Made by a program: the position numbers and the translations under genes. The notes beneath the pieces are model-generated. The model was given only the letters and a program-made list of their open reading frames with translations. It searched no databases and was not told the DNA's origin. Below, in pieces: positions 36,359-46,371 of a stretch of DNA of 64,000 nt. The stretch's first letter is position 1, and every line of letters begins with the position of its first letter. Source of the stretch: a virus (lineage: Duplodnaviria; Caudoviricetes); IMG/VR virus record IMGVR_UViG_3300025098_005131; one strand, 5' to 3'.

Positions 36359-37927
36359 TTATGATTTACTTTCATCATCTTTAGAATCACTATCAGCTTC
36401 TTCTCCAGATTTTTCTTCAGCTTCTTCTCCAGATTTTTCTTCAGCTTCTTCTCCAGGTTTTTCTTCTGCTTCTGCTTCTGTTTCAAGTTCTTTTATCAAA
36501 GCTTGTATTGCATTTATATTATCATCGATTTTAACGTTTTTGACTTCTTTTTTTAAAAAACTAAACAAATAAACAAGATCACTTTTTGATTTATTTACTT
36601 GTGTGCTTTTATCCTCACCCATAGACATGGCATCTTCAACAACAAACTTTTGTATTTTTTCATAATAATTGTTTAATAGCGATGGATAAACTTTAAAATC
36701 TTCTTCCAGAAGCTTTATTATAGATTTGCAAGTTCCAATAAACAAAGCTTTATTACTATTGCCGTCTTCACTTTTAACAGGCTCTATTTTCAAGCCTTTT
36801 AATCTTTCCAAAGCAGACTTATCAGCGTGATTTTCAAAGCCAGAAGGAATCGATTTTTTCAAGCTATTAGCGTAAGATTCAATGCTAAAATTATCTGGAT
36901 TAGGTTTATTTACTTCAATTAAATTTAAATACGACTTGTAAGCAATAATTAATAGACAAATAGTCGAAAAATCTTTTTTAATTTTATCATTTCCTTTTGC
37001 AGCAATAGTGTTTAAGTTTGAAAAGAAAACTTCTATAATTTCTTTTTCAAACATAATACAAGCAGCTATAGCATCTAAAACTTCACCTACGTCTCTAGCG
37101 ATTGTAGAAAGTTCCTGATCAGAAAATTCTCTTAATAAACCTAAGTTTGTATTATTTTTAGTTATTCTTAATATATAAAAACTTTCAACAAGACTGTCTA
37201 TAATACTTCTTATGTCTGCTCTAAGCCTTTCTGATAAAGGTTTTTTTATATCTTTAGCATCACTTTTTAAAAAGCTTAATTTTTTAATTCTAGCAACTAT
37301 CTTTTTATCTTTTTCACTAAAGTCTGTTAAGCCGTTAATCCATTCAACAACTTGTGGTGACATTTTTTGTGTAATTACATTTTTTATAGTATTTGTAACG
37401 TCTGATGAATAAGAAATCTCGCTTGTTTCAGCGCCGGCTAAATAATAATTATACAAGCTTTCTGTAATTGTTACATAAGGATCTGATCCTGCCTTATAAT
37501 CTTTTGGTTTATCTTTAGGTGGGCTATAAGCTTTGTTTTGCAATCTTTCAGCAATTGCACCTGCAGGTATTCCTGCAGCAAAAATCATATCTATTTCTGA
37601 TTCTTTTAAGCCAGCAGATAAAATCATGTTTCTTGTTGTGTTATCTAGACTTTGAATTGCTGCATTTGTATCTGTAATGTATTCTTTGTCTAGATTTTGC
37701 ATTCTTTTTGCAAATTTAGTCATATCTCCATCTTCGTGTAAGATATTATAAAGAAAAGAACCGAAAGACTTATAAATAAGAGTTACACTGGCTTTTACAA
37801 AAGAAGCTATATCTTTACCTGCTTTAAAAGTTGATTCTAGTCCAGACATTTTAAAAAGATTACTCATGTCTTCGTCATCACTATACTCTTTGAGAACAAC
37901 CTTGTCCTTAGTTATTTTTAGTTTCAT
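36359..37927 (-). CDS. hypothetical protein with VLKE leader and acidic repeat tail
   Basis: MKLKITKDKVVLKEY; C-terminal EEK(S/P)GEEA repeats. Confidence 0.7.
   Translation of the reverse strand: MKLKITKDKVVLKEYSDDEDMSNLFKMSGLESTFKAGKDIASFVKASVTLIYKSFGSFLYNILHEDGDMTKFAKRMQNLDKEYITDTNAAIQSLDNTTRNMILSAGLKESEIDMIFAAGIPAGAIAERLQNKAYSPPKDKPKDYKAGSDPYVTITESLYNYYLAGAETSEISYSSDVTNTIKNVITQKMSPQVVEWINGLTDFSEKDKKIVARIKKLSFLKSDAKDIKKPLSERLRADIRSIIDSLVESFYILRITKNNTNLGLLREFSDQELSTIARDVGEVLDAIAACIMFEKEIIEVFFSNLNTIAAKGNDKIKKDFSTICLLIIAYKSYLNLIEVNKPNPDNFSIESYANSLKKSIPSGFENHADKSALERLKGLKIEPVKSEDGNSNKALFIGTCKSIIKLLEEDFKVYPSLLNNYYEKIQKFVVEDAMSMGEDKSTQVNKSKSDLVYLFSFLKKEVKNVKIDDNINAIQALIKELETEAEAEEKPGEEAEEKSGEEAEEKSGEEADSDSKDDESKS
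36393..36464. repeat. 3 x 24-bp coding tandem repeat
   Basis: tcagcttcttctccagatttttct x2 plus one variant; encodes EEK(S/P)GEEA. Confidence 0.85.
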
Positions 37928-37933
37928 AAAATA

Positions 37934-38203
37934 TTACTCACAATCGTGTTTATCTTTTTTGTAAAGGATTAACTTTTTTTTATAAATATCTTCGATTGTT
38001 AACAACAAAGACTTTTCAAAATTATTTAAAGTATGCTTTTTTGTTTTTGCATGTCTTGTCGAAAACAATTTTCTCGTATTAGACTTTGAGTATCTAACAA
38101 CGTACTTTTTAACTTTAATCCAATCGTCTCCGTCATAAAGCGGCAAAATTTCACTTAGCAACTCTAGTATTTCTGACTTTTGTTCTTTTGTGCATTCATT
38201 CAT
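37934..38203 (-). CDS. hypothetical protein
   Basis: 89 aa operonic ORF. Confidence 0.55.
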   Translation of the reverse strand: MNECTKEQKSEILELLSEILPLYDGDDWIKVKKYVVRYSKSNTRKLFSTRHAKTKKHTLNNFEKSLLLTIEDIYKKKLILYKKDKHDCE

Positions 38204-38205
38204 TA

Positions 38206-39171
38206 CTAAAATATTTTAGGTAAAAGACTGTCAAAATAAACCATATTTTCTTCTTTTTTTTCTAAATTATCTTGTAATTCTTGACTACTCTCTTCTAAAA
38301 GATTAAAAATAAAATTATCTAAAGAAACATAAGACATTAATGATTTGTCATAAAACATTATATTTTTATGATCAATGCTTTGCAAAAATAAAGTTAGACA
38401 TGTCTGCAAAGCAAAGATAAATTGGTTTTTTTCTTCTATTGTTATTTTAACACTATCGTCCAGAATATTTAATTTTTTTTTGTAAATATTGTATTTTTTG
38501 TTTAATCTATCTCTGTCAAACATACCATTATCTTCTAACAATAATTTAACACCAATTTCAGTTTGAAGTTTATTGTTAAAAACAGAAGTATTATTTAAAT
38601 AATCTAAAAAATTTTTAAACATATTTTTAGAATCTTTAATTTTTACAAAGTTTTGAGAAGTAAATATTTTTAAGTTATTTTCAATTTCTGACAAAAATTC
38701 TATATCTTTTGTAATAACTTTACACTTACAGTCGCAATATGCACCTTCTCTGTATTTGTTTTGACAAAACTGGTATAGACCTCTTATAAAAAAACTTTCT
38801 TCTGTAACGTAGATTAAAAGAAATTTGGTGTGGTTTTTGCAAAGATTGTATTTTTTTAAAAAAGTTCTTGATGATTCTTTATTTAGATATGTAATGATTT
38901 TTAAATAGTTACTGTAAGTTTCACAGCCTTTTTCATAGTATAAACTTAAGTTTTTCTTATTGATTCCAGATATGTCCCTGTTTTTGTTTGTTCCGTTATC
39001 CAATACAAAACTATTTGTTAGTTTACAAAACCTTACTGCAGTGTAATATCCTTTTTCTATTTTATAGTATCCTTCTTTCTGGAGAATGCGGAATACGTTT
39101 TTTGTAAAAACTAAGAAGTCACTAGGTTTTTTAATAGCACTTATCTGGTAGGGTTTGACTACCTTAATCAT
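38206..39171 (-). CDS. hypothetical protein, possibly a degenerate ligase-like fold
   Basis: YKIEKGYYTAVRF resembles a decayed KxDG motif I; weak. Confidence 0.55.
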   Translation of the reverse strand: MIKVVKPYQISAIKKPSDFLVFTKNVFRILQKEGYYKIEKGYYTAVRFCKLTNSFVLDNGTNKNRDISGINKKNLSLYYEKGCETYSNYLKIITYLNKESSRTFLKKYNLCKNHTKFLLIYVTEESFFIRGLYQFCQNKYREGAYCDCKCKVITKDIEFLSEIENNLKIFTSQNFVKIKDSKNMFKNFLDYLNNTSVFNNKLQTEIGVKLLLEDNGMFDRDRLNKKYNIYKKKLNILDDSVKITIEEKNQFIFALQTCLTLFLQSIDHKNIMFYDKSLMSYVSLDNFIFNLLEESSQELQDNLEKKEENMVYFDSLLPKIF

Positions 39172-39811
39172 TATTTTCTAATATGATTCTTTTTTCTCTA
39201 GACTTATCTTGTTTAGACTCACCTATTTTAATTGGTGACATGCTATCTTCTTTAGCTTGTTCTTTTGATTTTTGTTTTCTTTCGATAGACTTTTTCTTTT
39301 CGCTAGTTGCAGAGCCTTTTTTGAATGTATAATAAAACATAGAAGGTATATATGCTGCGCTGCCATCAACATCAAGTCCTGGCGAAGTTACTTGTATAAG
39401 CCCCTTAACAAAGATATGCAAAACTCTTTTTTCTTCTATTGTTAGACGATTAAAGTATTTTTCTACTTCAACGTATACATCTTTATCTTTAAGCGAACTT
39501 GAAGCTCTAACTTGATTAACCAATCTAATAAACTTGTTTAAATCATCAGCATCAGAAAGATTTATTGCTGTAGGTGATTCATCTTCGCTTTTTACTTTTT
39601 TGTCAAAGTAAGTTAGATCATCATCGTCTTGAGTTTCTTCTTCATCTTCTTCGTCAAACTCAACTTCTTCTTCTTTTTCTGATATTTCATCTTTATTATC
39701 TTCGCTGTGATTTCCTTCTCTACGCATTTCTGCTACAAACTCATCAGCTCTTTCCTGATAATCAGACTCGTTTAAGATTTGATATAAACTCAGTAAAACA
39801 TCGTGATTCAT
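39164..39811 (-). CDS. acidic hypothetical protein with ILNE leader
   Basis: MNHDVLLSLYQILNES; C-terminal IILEN. Confidence 0.65.
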   Translation of the reverse strand: MNHDVLLSLYQILNESDYQERADEFVAEMRREGNHSEDNKDEISEKEEEVEFDEEDEEETQDDDDLTYFDKKVKSEDESPTAINLSDADDLNKFIRLVNQVRASSSLKDKDVYVEVEKYFNRLTIEEKRVLHIFVKGLIQVTSPGLDVDGSAAYIPSMFYYTFKKGSATSEKKKSIERKQKSKEQAKEDSMSPIKIGESKQDKSREKRIILENND

Positions 39812-39982
39812 TTAACTATCTCTCCACACAATTCTATTTTGCCATCTCTCATGATATTGTTCAGCACGAAGTCTTCTTAACCTATCTTGCTCGACAACGT
39901 GGTTTTCTTCTCGCTTTTTTTCAACGATCTTTTCTTTTCTAGATTCAATGTCATCTATAAATTTGCTAAAATCAAACTCCAT
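39812..39982 (-). CDS. small charged protein, 56 aa (not in ORF track)
   Basis: MEFDFSKFIDDIESRKEK...RIVWRDS*; GAGG RBS; coupled to both neighbours. Confidence 0.65.
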   Translation of the reverse strand: MEFDFSKFIDDIESRKEKIVEKKREENHVVEQDRLRRLRAEQYHERWQNRIVWRDS

Positions 39983-40346
39983 TTTCTTTGCCTCTTATCT
40001 TTATCTTAATATTATAACTATCTAATTTTTTCTTAAAACTATAACAATAGTTGTCTTCCAAAGAGTATTCCTTGTTTAAAACTTTAATTTTAACTACTTC
40101 TTTATTTATAAAGTCTTCTACTAAGCTTACATCGCAAGATATTCTAATTGTTATTTCGTTTACACTGTTTTTAAGTTTTGTGACCTCTGCATTTTTAACC
40201 ATAGAATTTGTTACAACATTTGCTGTAATTAGTCTAGAGGTTCTATAACCACTATTAATATCAATTACGTCTTCTAGGTCTTTGCTTATATAAACACTTT
40301 CTTTATTAGACTGACTCTGCAAGTATAAATCATTTTTAGTCTGCAT
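39972..40346 (-). CDS. hypothetical protein
   Basis: 124 aa operonic ORF. Confidence 0.55.
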   Translation of the reverse strand: MQTKNDLYLQSQSNKESVYISKDLEDVIDINSGYRTSRLITANVVTNSMVKNAEVTKLKNSVNEITIRISCDVSLVEDFINKEVVKIKVLNKEYSLEDNYCYSFKKKLDSYNIKIKIRGKENGV

Positions 40347-40680
40347 AGTAATACATTACATCTTTTTTGATTTTATCTATATCTTTAGACGCTTCTAGCT
40401 CAATTTCAGAAATATTATAGGAAGTTGAATGTATAAGAACAGCCACAGTATTTTTCTTAAATCTTGTTTCAATTAAAGCGCTAGATTCTCTATTATACTT
40501 AATGATTTCTACGACAAATTGTTCTAGAAACTTTGTTTTTTCAAAACTAAATTTTTTTACAAGCCTTTTTTCTCTTGCTTCCCATGTACTTTTCTTTACT
40601 TCTAAAGGTCTAAAACTATTTTCAACTTCAAACCTCTTGTCTTCATAAAGATAATTTGTCATAATACTTTGTAAATTCAT
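40336..40680 (-). CDS. pterin-4a-carbinolamine dehydratase-like fold, catalytic His lost
   Basis: W....RLVKKFSF...FV..I...........VAVLIHS...ISEIELEASKDIDKI; HHP replaced by SAL. Confidence 0.55.
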   Translation of the reverse strand: MNLQSIMTNYLYEDKRFEVENSFRPLEVKKSTWEAREKRLVKKFSFEKTKFLEQFVVEIIKYNRESSALIETRFKKNTVAVLIHSTSYNISEIELEASKDIDKIKKDVMYYYAD

Positions 40681-40687
40681 TTTTTAC

Positions 40688-43600
40688 TCACTGGAAATTT
40701 TTACCGCCTGGGTTTTTTGAACCTTTAGCGCTGACATCGACAGGCTCAATGCCTAAATAATCATCTAAGAACTCAACAAAGTCCTTACTTAAGAGTTGTG
40801 ACTTATACTTCTTTTTATAATCTTTCAGCGCTTTGCTCGTATCTTTACCAATACCTTCAACAGGCAAGGTAAGCATCTCACTTGTTCCTGTTCTTCTATA
40901 GAAATCTGAGAGTCCCATACCTAATACAATTGCTTGATCAAGCTTTGCTTCAGGATAGTCACCTACCCAAGAAATAATTTCTCCTGCTGATGTCTGATTA
41001 AGTCTTTTCATTTGACTGCCTACTTTTCCAATAATTCCACTCGGGCTAAACATGTCGTCAATTAAATCTTCTAGATCGTCTTGGTTAAAAGGCCCACTAC
41101 CGTATTTACTTAGTAAAGGACGTTTTCCTTGCTGATAATTTCTGTTGTAGGTATCAACTGCTTTAACAAAATCACCTCTAGAATCAGACTTTCCTCGCAT
41201 GTAATCTTTTTGTTCTTCTCTACTTTGACCAACATTAGGTACACCTTTGCCAGAAGTTTTAATGCCTGTTCTTTCCATCACAATGTAAATAATTTTATTA
41301 AACAAATCTTTACCTTCATCAGGTCTAACTTCAGCAGCACCTTCGTTCGGTGATAAAGACTTAGCAATACCGGCAGACGGATATTTCTTTTTAAAGTATT
41401 CTTTAACAGATTGTGCCAGACCAACCTCAGTCCCTGGCCAAATTATATTGTTATAGTATTCTTTCATCAGGCCGGTTGCAAAAATTCTAAATCCTGACTT
41501 GTCATTAAACATAGACTCCATAATTGCGAAAGCCATAGTGTCCGGATCTTCTGCCTCAAGACGCTTCATGAGAGTGTCATATTCTTCTTCAGAATCAGCA
41601 AATGCTTGAATCTGCCTAATTTTTTCGCCTACTGCTTGTGGCAAATTGTCATCACGTTTCTCGTCAAAATATCGCTTAACAAACCTAGGAGAAGTATATT
41701 TGTTTATTAATTCTAGCATGTTTGATACATCAACTAGCTTTTGACTTCTAGAGTATTTTCCTGCAGCTTGTGCTTTGTCCAATACAGATCTTGGTATTGC
41801 TTTATCTAAAGTTGAATCACTTGGATTGACTTTGTCTCTTTTAACAACAAACGACTGATCATCAATTAGATCTAGTTGCTTAAGTCTTTCATACCATCTT
41901 TCTGCAATATAAGAATATATTTCTGCTTTGTCGCTAGGAGAAAAGTTTAGGAATACACTTTTTATCCAAGACTTAACGCCGTACTGTCTAGCACCTTGTG
42001 ACCCTGTAAATGAACCTGCTGATGCTCTCTTGATGTCTTCCCAAGACATAGGCTTATCAGCATCTTCTAGTCTAAACTTCTTATTATATTCTATAAATTC
42101 ATCGACAGTTACAGCTTTGTCTACAAGTTCCTGATAGATTTGTTCTCTTTCAGAGTCATTAATCATCTTAACAACATCTTTAGTGGCAAATCTCTCAATT
42201 ATCTCTTCAAACTCTTTTTTCTCTTCGACAGTAAGTTCTTCTGCTGGGATAATATCTGGAACATCGATTAAATTTCCATTTGTATCGTACTTGAACTCAC
42301 TAAATATCTCTGGATTAATTCTATCTTTAGTTTTTAATTCTAGATACTTAAGTCTTTCTAAGTCTCTACTTATTTGCTGCAAGTATTCTTTTGCCTCTAA
42401 AGAAGTAAAATTAAAATAGTTAGATGTCTTAATATCAGAAATTATATCGCCAGTCTCTATTTTATCTTCTGATTTTTGTTTATTAATTTTTGATATTTCT
42501 TCTTCGTCTGCATATAAAGGCTCACCAGTTTCAGGATCAATTTCTTCAGCGTATGATTGTTTGGTCTGTTGATCCTTACTTTTAAAGTAGTCTTCAACTT
42601 CTTTTTGCGTATCACTACGTTCTTCGTCACTTTGCATTGGTGCTTTTTCAAAATCTGCTCTATTGTCACTAAGTGGATACATCATTTCAAGTGCAGATTC
42701 AAACTCTGACTGCTTTGAAGGATTATCAGAAGAAGATCTTTTTAATAACATCATCAGTCTAGATTCAGAAATTGCAGAGTTGTTTAAATCATAATTTCCT
42801 TTTAGAAGTTCAGCGTGTGTTTCTTTTATGATCGCGTCTCTACCTGCTTTGTTTAGATTACCTCTAGACTTAAGAAAGCTAGCAGCAGCATCTCTTTCTG
42901 TATTGTTAACATCTAGTCTAGACTTTTCTTCGTCAGATATTCCGAGAAAAAATCTTGCTTGTGAGCTAAGCATTAAGCAGCACTCGATTGACTTTAAAAT
43001 CCACCATTTTCTTTTTGCAACAATTGACATGCTAGACTTGCCGTAAGCAGACATTTTACTAGTTACATCTCTTTCTAAAACATCCCAACCTGAAAGGACT
43101 GGATTTTTTTGACCAGGGACATACTTGCCTGTCCCAGTATATCCTAAATTTGTTGCAATCTTTTGTTTAGACATCTTGGCAGGATCTCCGCCAACAATTG
43201 GTTTAAATATGTCTATAATCTTATCAATTGTTTTTCCTGCGCTAGCCCCTAATTCAGAAGAATCATCTCCAGACATACTAAAATCATCAATATCCTCTTC
43301 AGACTCTATATTTGCAAGCTCCTCAGGTCTAGGCCCGACGTCATCAAACATACTTGTCAAGTCAATTGTTTTTCCTTCATTTAGTATACTAATATTCCTC
43401 TTCATTCCTTCGAGCATTATACTGTAAAGTTTTTTATCTACTTGATTACTATAAATAGAAGAAGCGCTCATTTCTTCGTTAATTATATCATTTACTGTTG
43501 TAAAGCCTAGATTACTATACTGAAGGTCTACAGTTTCTTTTAAGTTTTTAATAGCAGCAGTGCTTTTAGACTTCACGCTATATCTACTTTCGTAAAAGTC

Positions 43601-43804
43601 TAAAAGCGACTTTTCACTCGGATATTTTCCGTTTGACTCAACAAGTGATTTTAAATAACACTTAAATTCTGATTTAGCATCTTTATTGATGTATATGTTT
43701 GTAGAAGATATTTCACTTAAAATGTAATATTTTCTTTTAAAACTCTTGTTTTTTTCGTTTAGTATTTTTTGCGCTCTTAGACGCAGTTTACGTTTATTCA
43801 TCAA
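40688..43804 (-). CDS. large probable virion internal protein, 1038 aa
   Basis: several ILNE/ILSE/IINE sites in the first 145 aa; HTH-like MSWEDIKRAS...GARQ. Confidence 0.7.
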   Translation of the reverse strand: MMNKRKLRLRAQKILNEKNKSFKRKYYILSEISSTNIYINKDAKSEFKCYLKSLVESNGKYPSEKSLLDFYESRYSVKSKSTAAIKNLKETVDLQYSNLGFTTVNDIINEEMSASSIYSNQVDKKLYSIMLEGMKRNISILNEGKTIDLTSMFDDVGPRPEELANIESEEDIDDFSMSGDDSSELGASAGKTIDKIIDIFKPIVGGDPAKMSKQKIATNLGYTGTGKYVPGQKNPVLSGWDVLERDVTSKMSAYGKSSMSIVAKRKWWILKSIECCLMLSSQARFFLGISDEEKSRLDVNNTERDAAASFLKSRGNLNKAGRDAIIKETHAELLKGNYDLNNSAISESRLMMLLKRSSSDNPSKQSEFESALEMMYPLSDNRADFEKAPMQSDEERSDTQKEVEDYFKSKDQQTKQSYAEEIDPETGEPLYADEEEISKINKQKSEDKIETGDIISDIKTSNYFNFTSLEAKEYLQQISRDLERLKYLELKTKDRINPEIFSEFKYDTNGNLIDVPDIIPAEELTVEEKKEFEEIIERFATKDVVKMINDSEREQIYQELVDKAVTVDEFIEYNKKFRLEDADKPMSWEDIKRASAGSFTGSQGARQYGVKSWIKSVFLNFSPSDKAEIYSYIAERWYERLKQLDLIDDQSFVVKRDKVNPSDSTLDKAIPRSVLDKAQAAGKYSRSQKLVDVSNMLELINKYTSPRFVKRYFDEKRDDNLPQAVGEKIRQIQAFADSEEEYDTLMKRLEAEDPDTMAFAIMESMFNDKSGFRIFATGLMKEYYNNIIWPGTEVGLAQSVKEYFKKKYPSAGIAKSLSPNEGAAEVRPDEGKDLFNKIIYIVMERTGIKTSGKGVPNVGQSREEQKDYMRGKSDSRGDFVKAVDTYNRNYQQGKRPLLSKYGSGPFNQDDLEDLIDDMFSPSGIIGKVGSQMKRLNQTSAGEIISWVGDYPEAKLDQAIVLGMGLSDFYRRTGTSEMLTLPVEGIGKDTSKALKDYKKKYKSQLLSKDFVEFLDDYLGIEPVDVSAKGSKNPGGKNFQ

Positions 43805-43808
43805 TCTT

Positions 43809-44210
43809 TTATACCTTTTCTAAAATTTTATTCACTGACTTAAATATTTTTTCAATAACCTTGTTATCTATTTCGCTACTATCGTAGTCGTCTAGTTTAC
43901 TTGCTAGATATGTAGACAACTCTTTTTTGTTTGCAGGCGTATAAACTTCAGGATCCATTCTGGCGCCCATATTTCGCTCAGAATAACCAATATAACCGCC
44001 AGAAACAAAGTCATCAGCCACTAAAGGTAAAATATATTCTTCTTCGTCTGGGATGTCTGTATTTCCTTCTTTATCTATAGGTGCAGGCCTATGGTGAACC
44101 ATGTGTCTTAAGTTAGTAAAACCATCTGGTCGCCCGCTTGCAGATACTTGATTTTCAAATAGAATATCTTTTGCTACTAATCTTAACTCGTTTAATGTTA
44201 TTTTTTTCAT
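43809..44210 (-). CDS. hypothetical protein with KITLNELR...ILFE leader
   Basis: 133 aa. Confidence 0.65.
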   Translation of the reverse strand: MKKITLNELRLVAKDILFENQVSASGRPDGFTNLRHMVHHRPAPIDKEGNTDIPDEEEYILPLVADDFVSGGYIGYSERNMGARMDPEVYTPANKKELSTYLASKLDDYDSSEIDNKVIEKIFKSVNKILEKV

Positions 44211-44262
44211 ACATAAATACTTTCGTAAAACAAATTAATTATTTGGAACATGCAATTATTAA

Positions 44263-44592
44263 TTAATGATATTCTTCTTTTTTTTCTTTTTTTAAAATAT
44301 CAAAATCAAAGTTGTCATGCAAAATACTTTGTTCAATTAAACTGTGTATGTTGTTTATATAGCTCGTTATAGTATAAAAGTCACTTAAGATTACCTTGTT
44401 TTCGTTTTGAACTTTTAAAATAGCATTTTCTAAAACTTTTATTCTATTATCTTTTTCTTTATTTTCTTTTTTTAAATTTTCAATATCTAATTTAATTAAT
44501 TTAATTTTACTAGCTGTCTCATATAAACCTGCTATTTTTTTATTTAAAAGGAGAATTTTTTTCAATTGCATCGTATAAGTCTTTTTCGTCAA
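44263..44592 (-). CDS. coiled-coil hypothetical protein
   Basis: heptad pattern. Confidence 0.55.
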   Translation of the reverse strand: MTKKTYTMQLKKILLLNKKIAGLYETASKIKLIKLDIENLKKENKEKDNRIKVLENAILKVQNENKVILSDFYTITSYINNIHSLIEQSILHDNFDFDILKKEKKEEYH

Positions 44593-44836
44593 TATCTCTT
44601 AGCTTATTAAGCTTCTTCTCTTTTATTTCATCAACTCTTTCGTCAACTAGCCGATGAATGTATTGATCTTCATTAACAAACTTTTCTGCAATCATTCGAA
44701 AAAAAGCTTGCATTGACAATTCTTTTAAAAATAAAGAAGCTCTAAGCTTTCTATGAACTTGCCCAGCAAGTTCAAAGTGTATGGTTTTATTATTGACAAC
44801 TTTTTCTATTTGTTTATTTAAATCTTTTTTACTCAT
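44540..44836 (-). CDS. ribbon-helix-helix-like DNA-binding protein
   Basis: KTIHFEL strand, then VHRKLRASL and SMQAFFRMIAE helices. Confidence 0.6.
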   Translation of the reverse strand: MSKKDLNKQIEKVVNNKTIHFELAGQVHRKLRASLFLKELSMQAFFRMIAEKFVNEDQYIHRLVDERVDEIKEKKLNKLRDIDEKDLYDAIEKNSPFK

Positions 44837-45633
44837 TATCCTTGCTTTAAAGCGCCAGAGCTTGTATCATAGTTTGAATTAAAAATGCTGTATTTTTCGT
44901 TAGGATCACGTGAAGATGATATGCGTGTGTAGAAAGCATCTTCAAAGTCCACAACATATTTTTCAGCATAAAAGCCTGCGTCATTTGCAATTATGTTTTG
45001 CATAGTTATGCAGACAATTTTTTCTTTATCATATTTGTCAAACTTTTCCAAAGTGTCTATTGCAACTTCAACGTATCTTTCAATATCTAAGTTTGGATCT
45101 TTCTTTTTCTTGTTTAACTTTTCATATCCGGAATCAAGAGTATCTTCTAGACCTTCCAGCTCTTTTTCAAGTTTCTTAACATCACTCTTTTCTAGTAGAA
45201 ATTCTGATATGCCTTTTCTAGTATACATTACGTTCTTAGACGCTGCAAGCTTTTGTCTCATATCAAGTGCTAAATCAACATGAGGATCTTTAATTACTTT
45301 TGCTCTTAAGTCTTTAAGGCCTTCAATTCCGTCAATTAAAGCAGCAACTTGTTCTTCAGACACGCCTGTTGTTTGATCTTCAGGATCTGCTGCTTCTTCT
45401 TCTTTTTTGTTTTCTTCTTCATCACTGCTACTAGGGTCGTCGCCTGAACTATCTGAATCTGTGTCTAACAAGCTATCATCAAAACCATCACCTGAATCTT
45501 TTTTGCTTTCTTCTTCGTCACTGCTGCTAGAGTCGTCTGAGTCTTTACTTTCATCGTCTTCGTAAAGCACTCTTAAGCTTACTAGTTTGCTTTCATTCAT
45601 ATGATCATAGATTTTTTTACCAAACTTACTCAT
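44836..45633 (-). CDS. acidic hypothetical protein with VLYE leader
   Basis: D/S/E-rich linker with internal duplication SSSDEEE. Confidence 0.65.
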   Translation of the reverse strand: MSKFGKKIYDHMNESKLVSLRVLYEDDESKDSDDSSSSDEEESKKDSGDGFDDSLLDTDSDSSGDDPSSSDEEENKKEEEAADPEDQTTGVSEEQVAALIDGIEGLKDLRAKVIKDPHVDLALDMRQKLAASKNVMYTRKGISEFLLEKSDVKKLEKELEGLEDTLDSGYEKLNKKKKDPNLDIERYVEVAIDTLEKFDKYDKEKIVCITMQNIIANDAGFYAEKYVVDFEDAFYTRISSSRDPNEKYSIFNSNYDTSSGALKQG

Positions 45634-45642
45634 CTTACTCTC

Positions 45643-46371
45643 CTATAGGATTTTCGAAATCTTTTCAGCTTTTTGAATTCTCTCTTCTATGATATCCCAA
45701 TTAAGTTCTTTCATCATAGCGAAAACATATGCTTTACGATCTTTTAAATAATCCCTGTAATAACTATGCTCCCAACAGTCCATTACCACTATAGGAATGC
45801 AATTAATTAAAACAGAGTCACTATGTAAATCAACTACAGTATTAATATATTTCTTCAAGTTCATGTTGTAAACTGTCATAGCCCAGCCGTTTCTAGCAGA
45901 AAGGCAGCATGCGACAAAGTCTTCTTGCCAAGCATCAAATGTCCCGAAATCTTTTGATAACTTCATGTAAGATAAAGAGTCCATAGAAATATTACTGTTT
46001 AAGTCGCTAATATTTTGAAAATATAATCCATGCAAAAAAGCTGCATTGTGATTGTAAGTTTCGTCTATTTTAAGACTTCTAAATTGAGAATTATTTAAGT
46101 TTGCTTTTGACTTATCTACGCCATCAAGTCTTGCTGATATGTCGTTTAACTCTTTTACATAACCATCTAGCAACTCTTGATGTGCTTTTTTAGTCTTTTG
46201 GGACAACAGTTCAGTTCGCAAATCAAACTTTCCACTTTGCGTCACATATGCTTCAGATATCATTTGACTTTTTTCGTTGCTTCTCTTATTAGTAACAGGC
46301 TCGGTTTTAAGATTGTTTTCTCTTAAAGTTTTTTCAACTGCTTCTTTTACTAATTCATTTAAATCTTTCAT
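45643..46371 (-). CDS. Fe/Mn superoxide dismutase family protein (ChrC-like type) with N-terminal leader
   Basis: HQELLDGYV, LHGLYF, GWA, DCWEHSYYRDY...RKAYV. Confidence 0.85.
   Translation of the reverse strand: MKDLNELVKEAVEKTLRENNLKTEPVTNKRSNEKSQMISEAYVTQSGKFDLRTELLSQKTKKAHQELLDGYVKELNDISARLDGVDKSKANLNNSQFRSLKIDETYNHNAAFLHGLYFQNISDLNSNISMDSLSYMKLSKDFGTFDAWQEDFVACCLSARNGWAMTVYNMNLKKYINTVVDLHSDSVLINCIPIVVMDCWEHSYYRDYLKDRKAYVFAMMKELNWDIIEERIQKAEKISKIL

Noticed and set aside
36393-36464. CRISPR-like repeats (also 54945-54987)
   Set aside because: Head-to-tail repeats with no spacers; the first is in-frame coding; no cas genes
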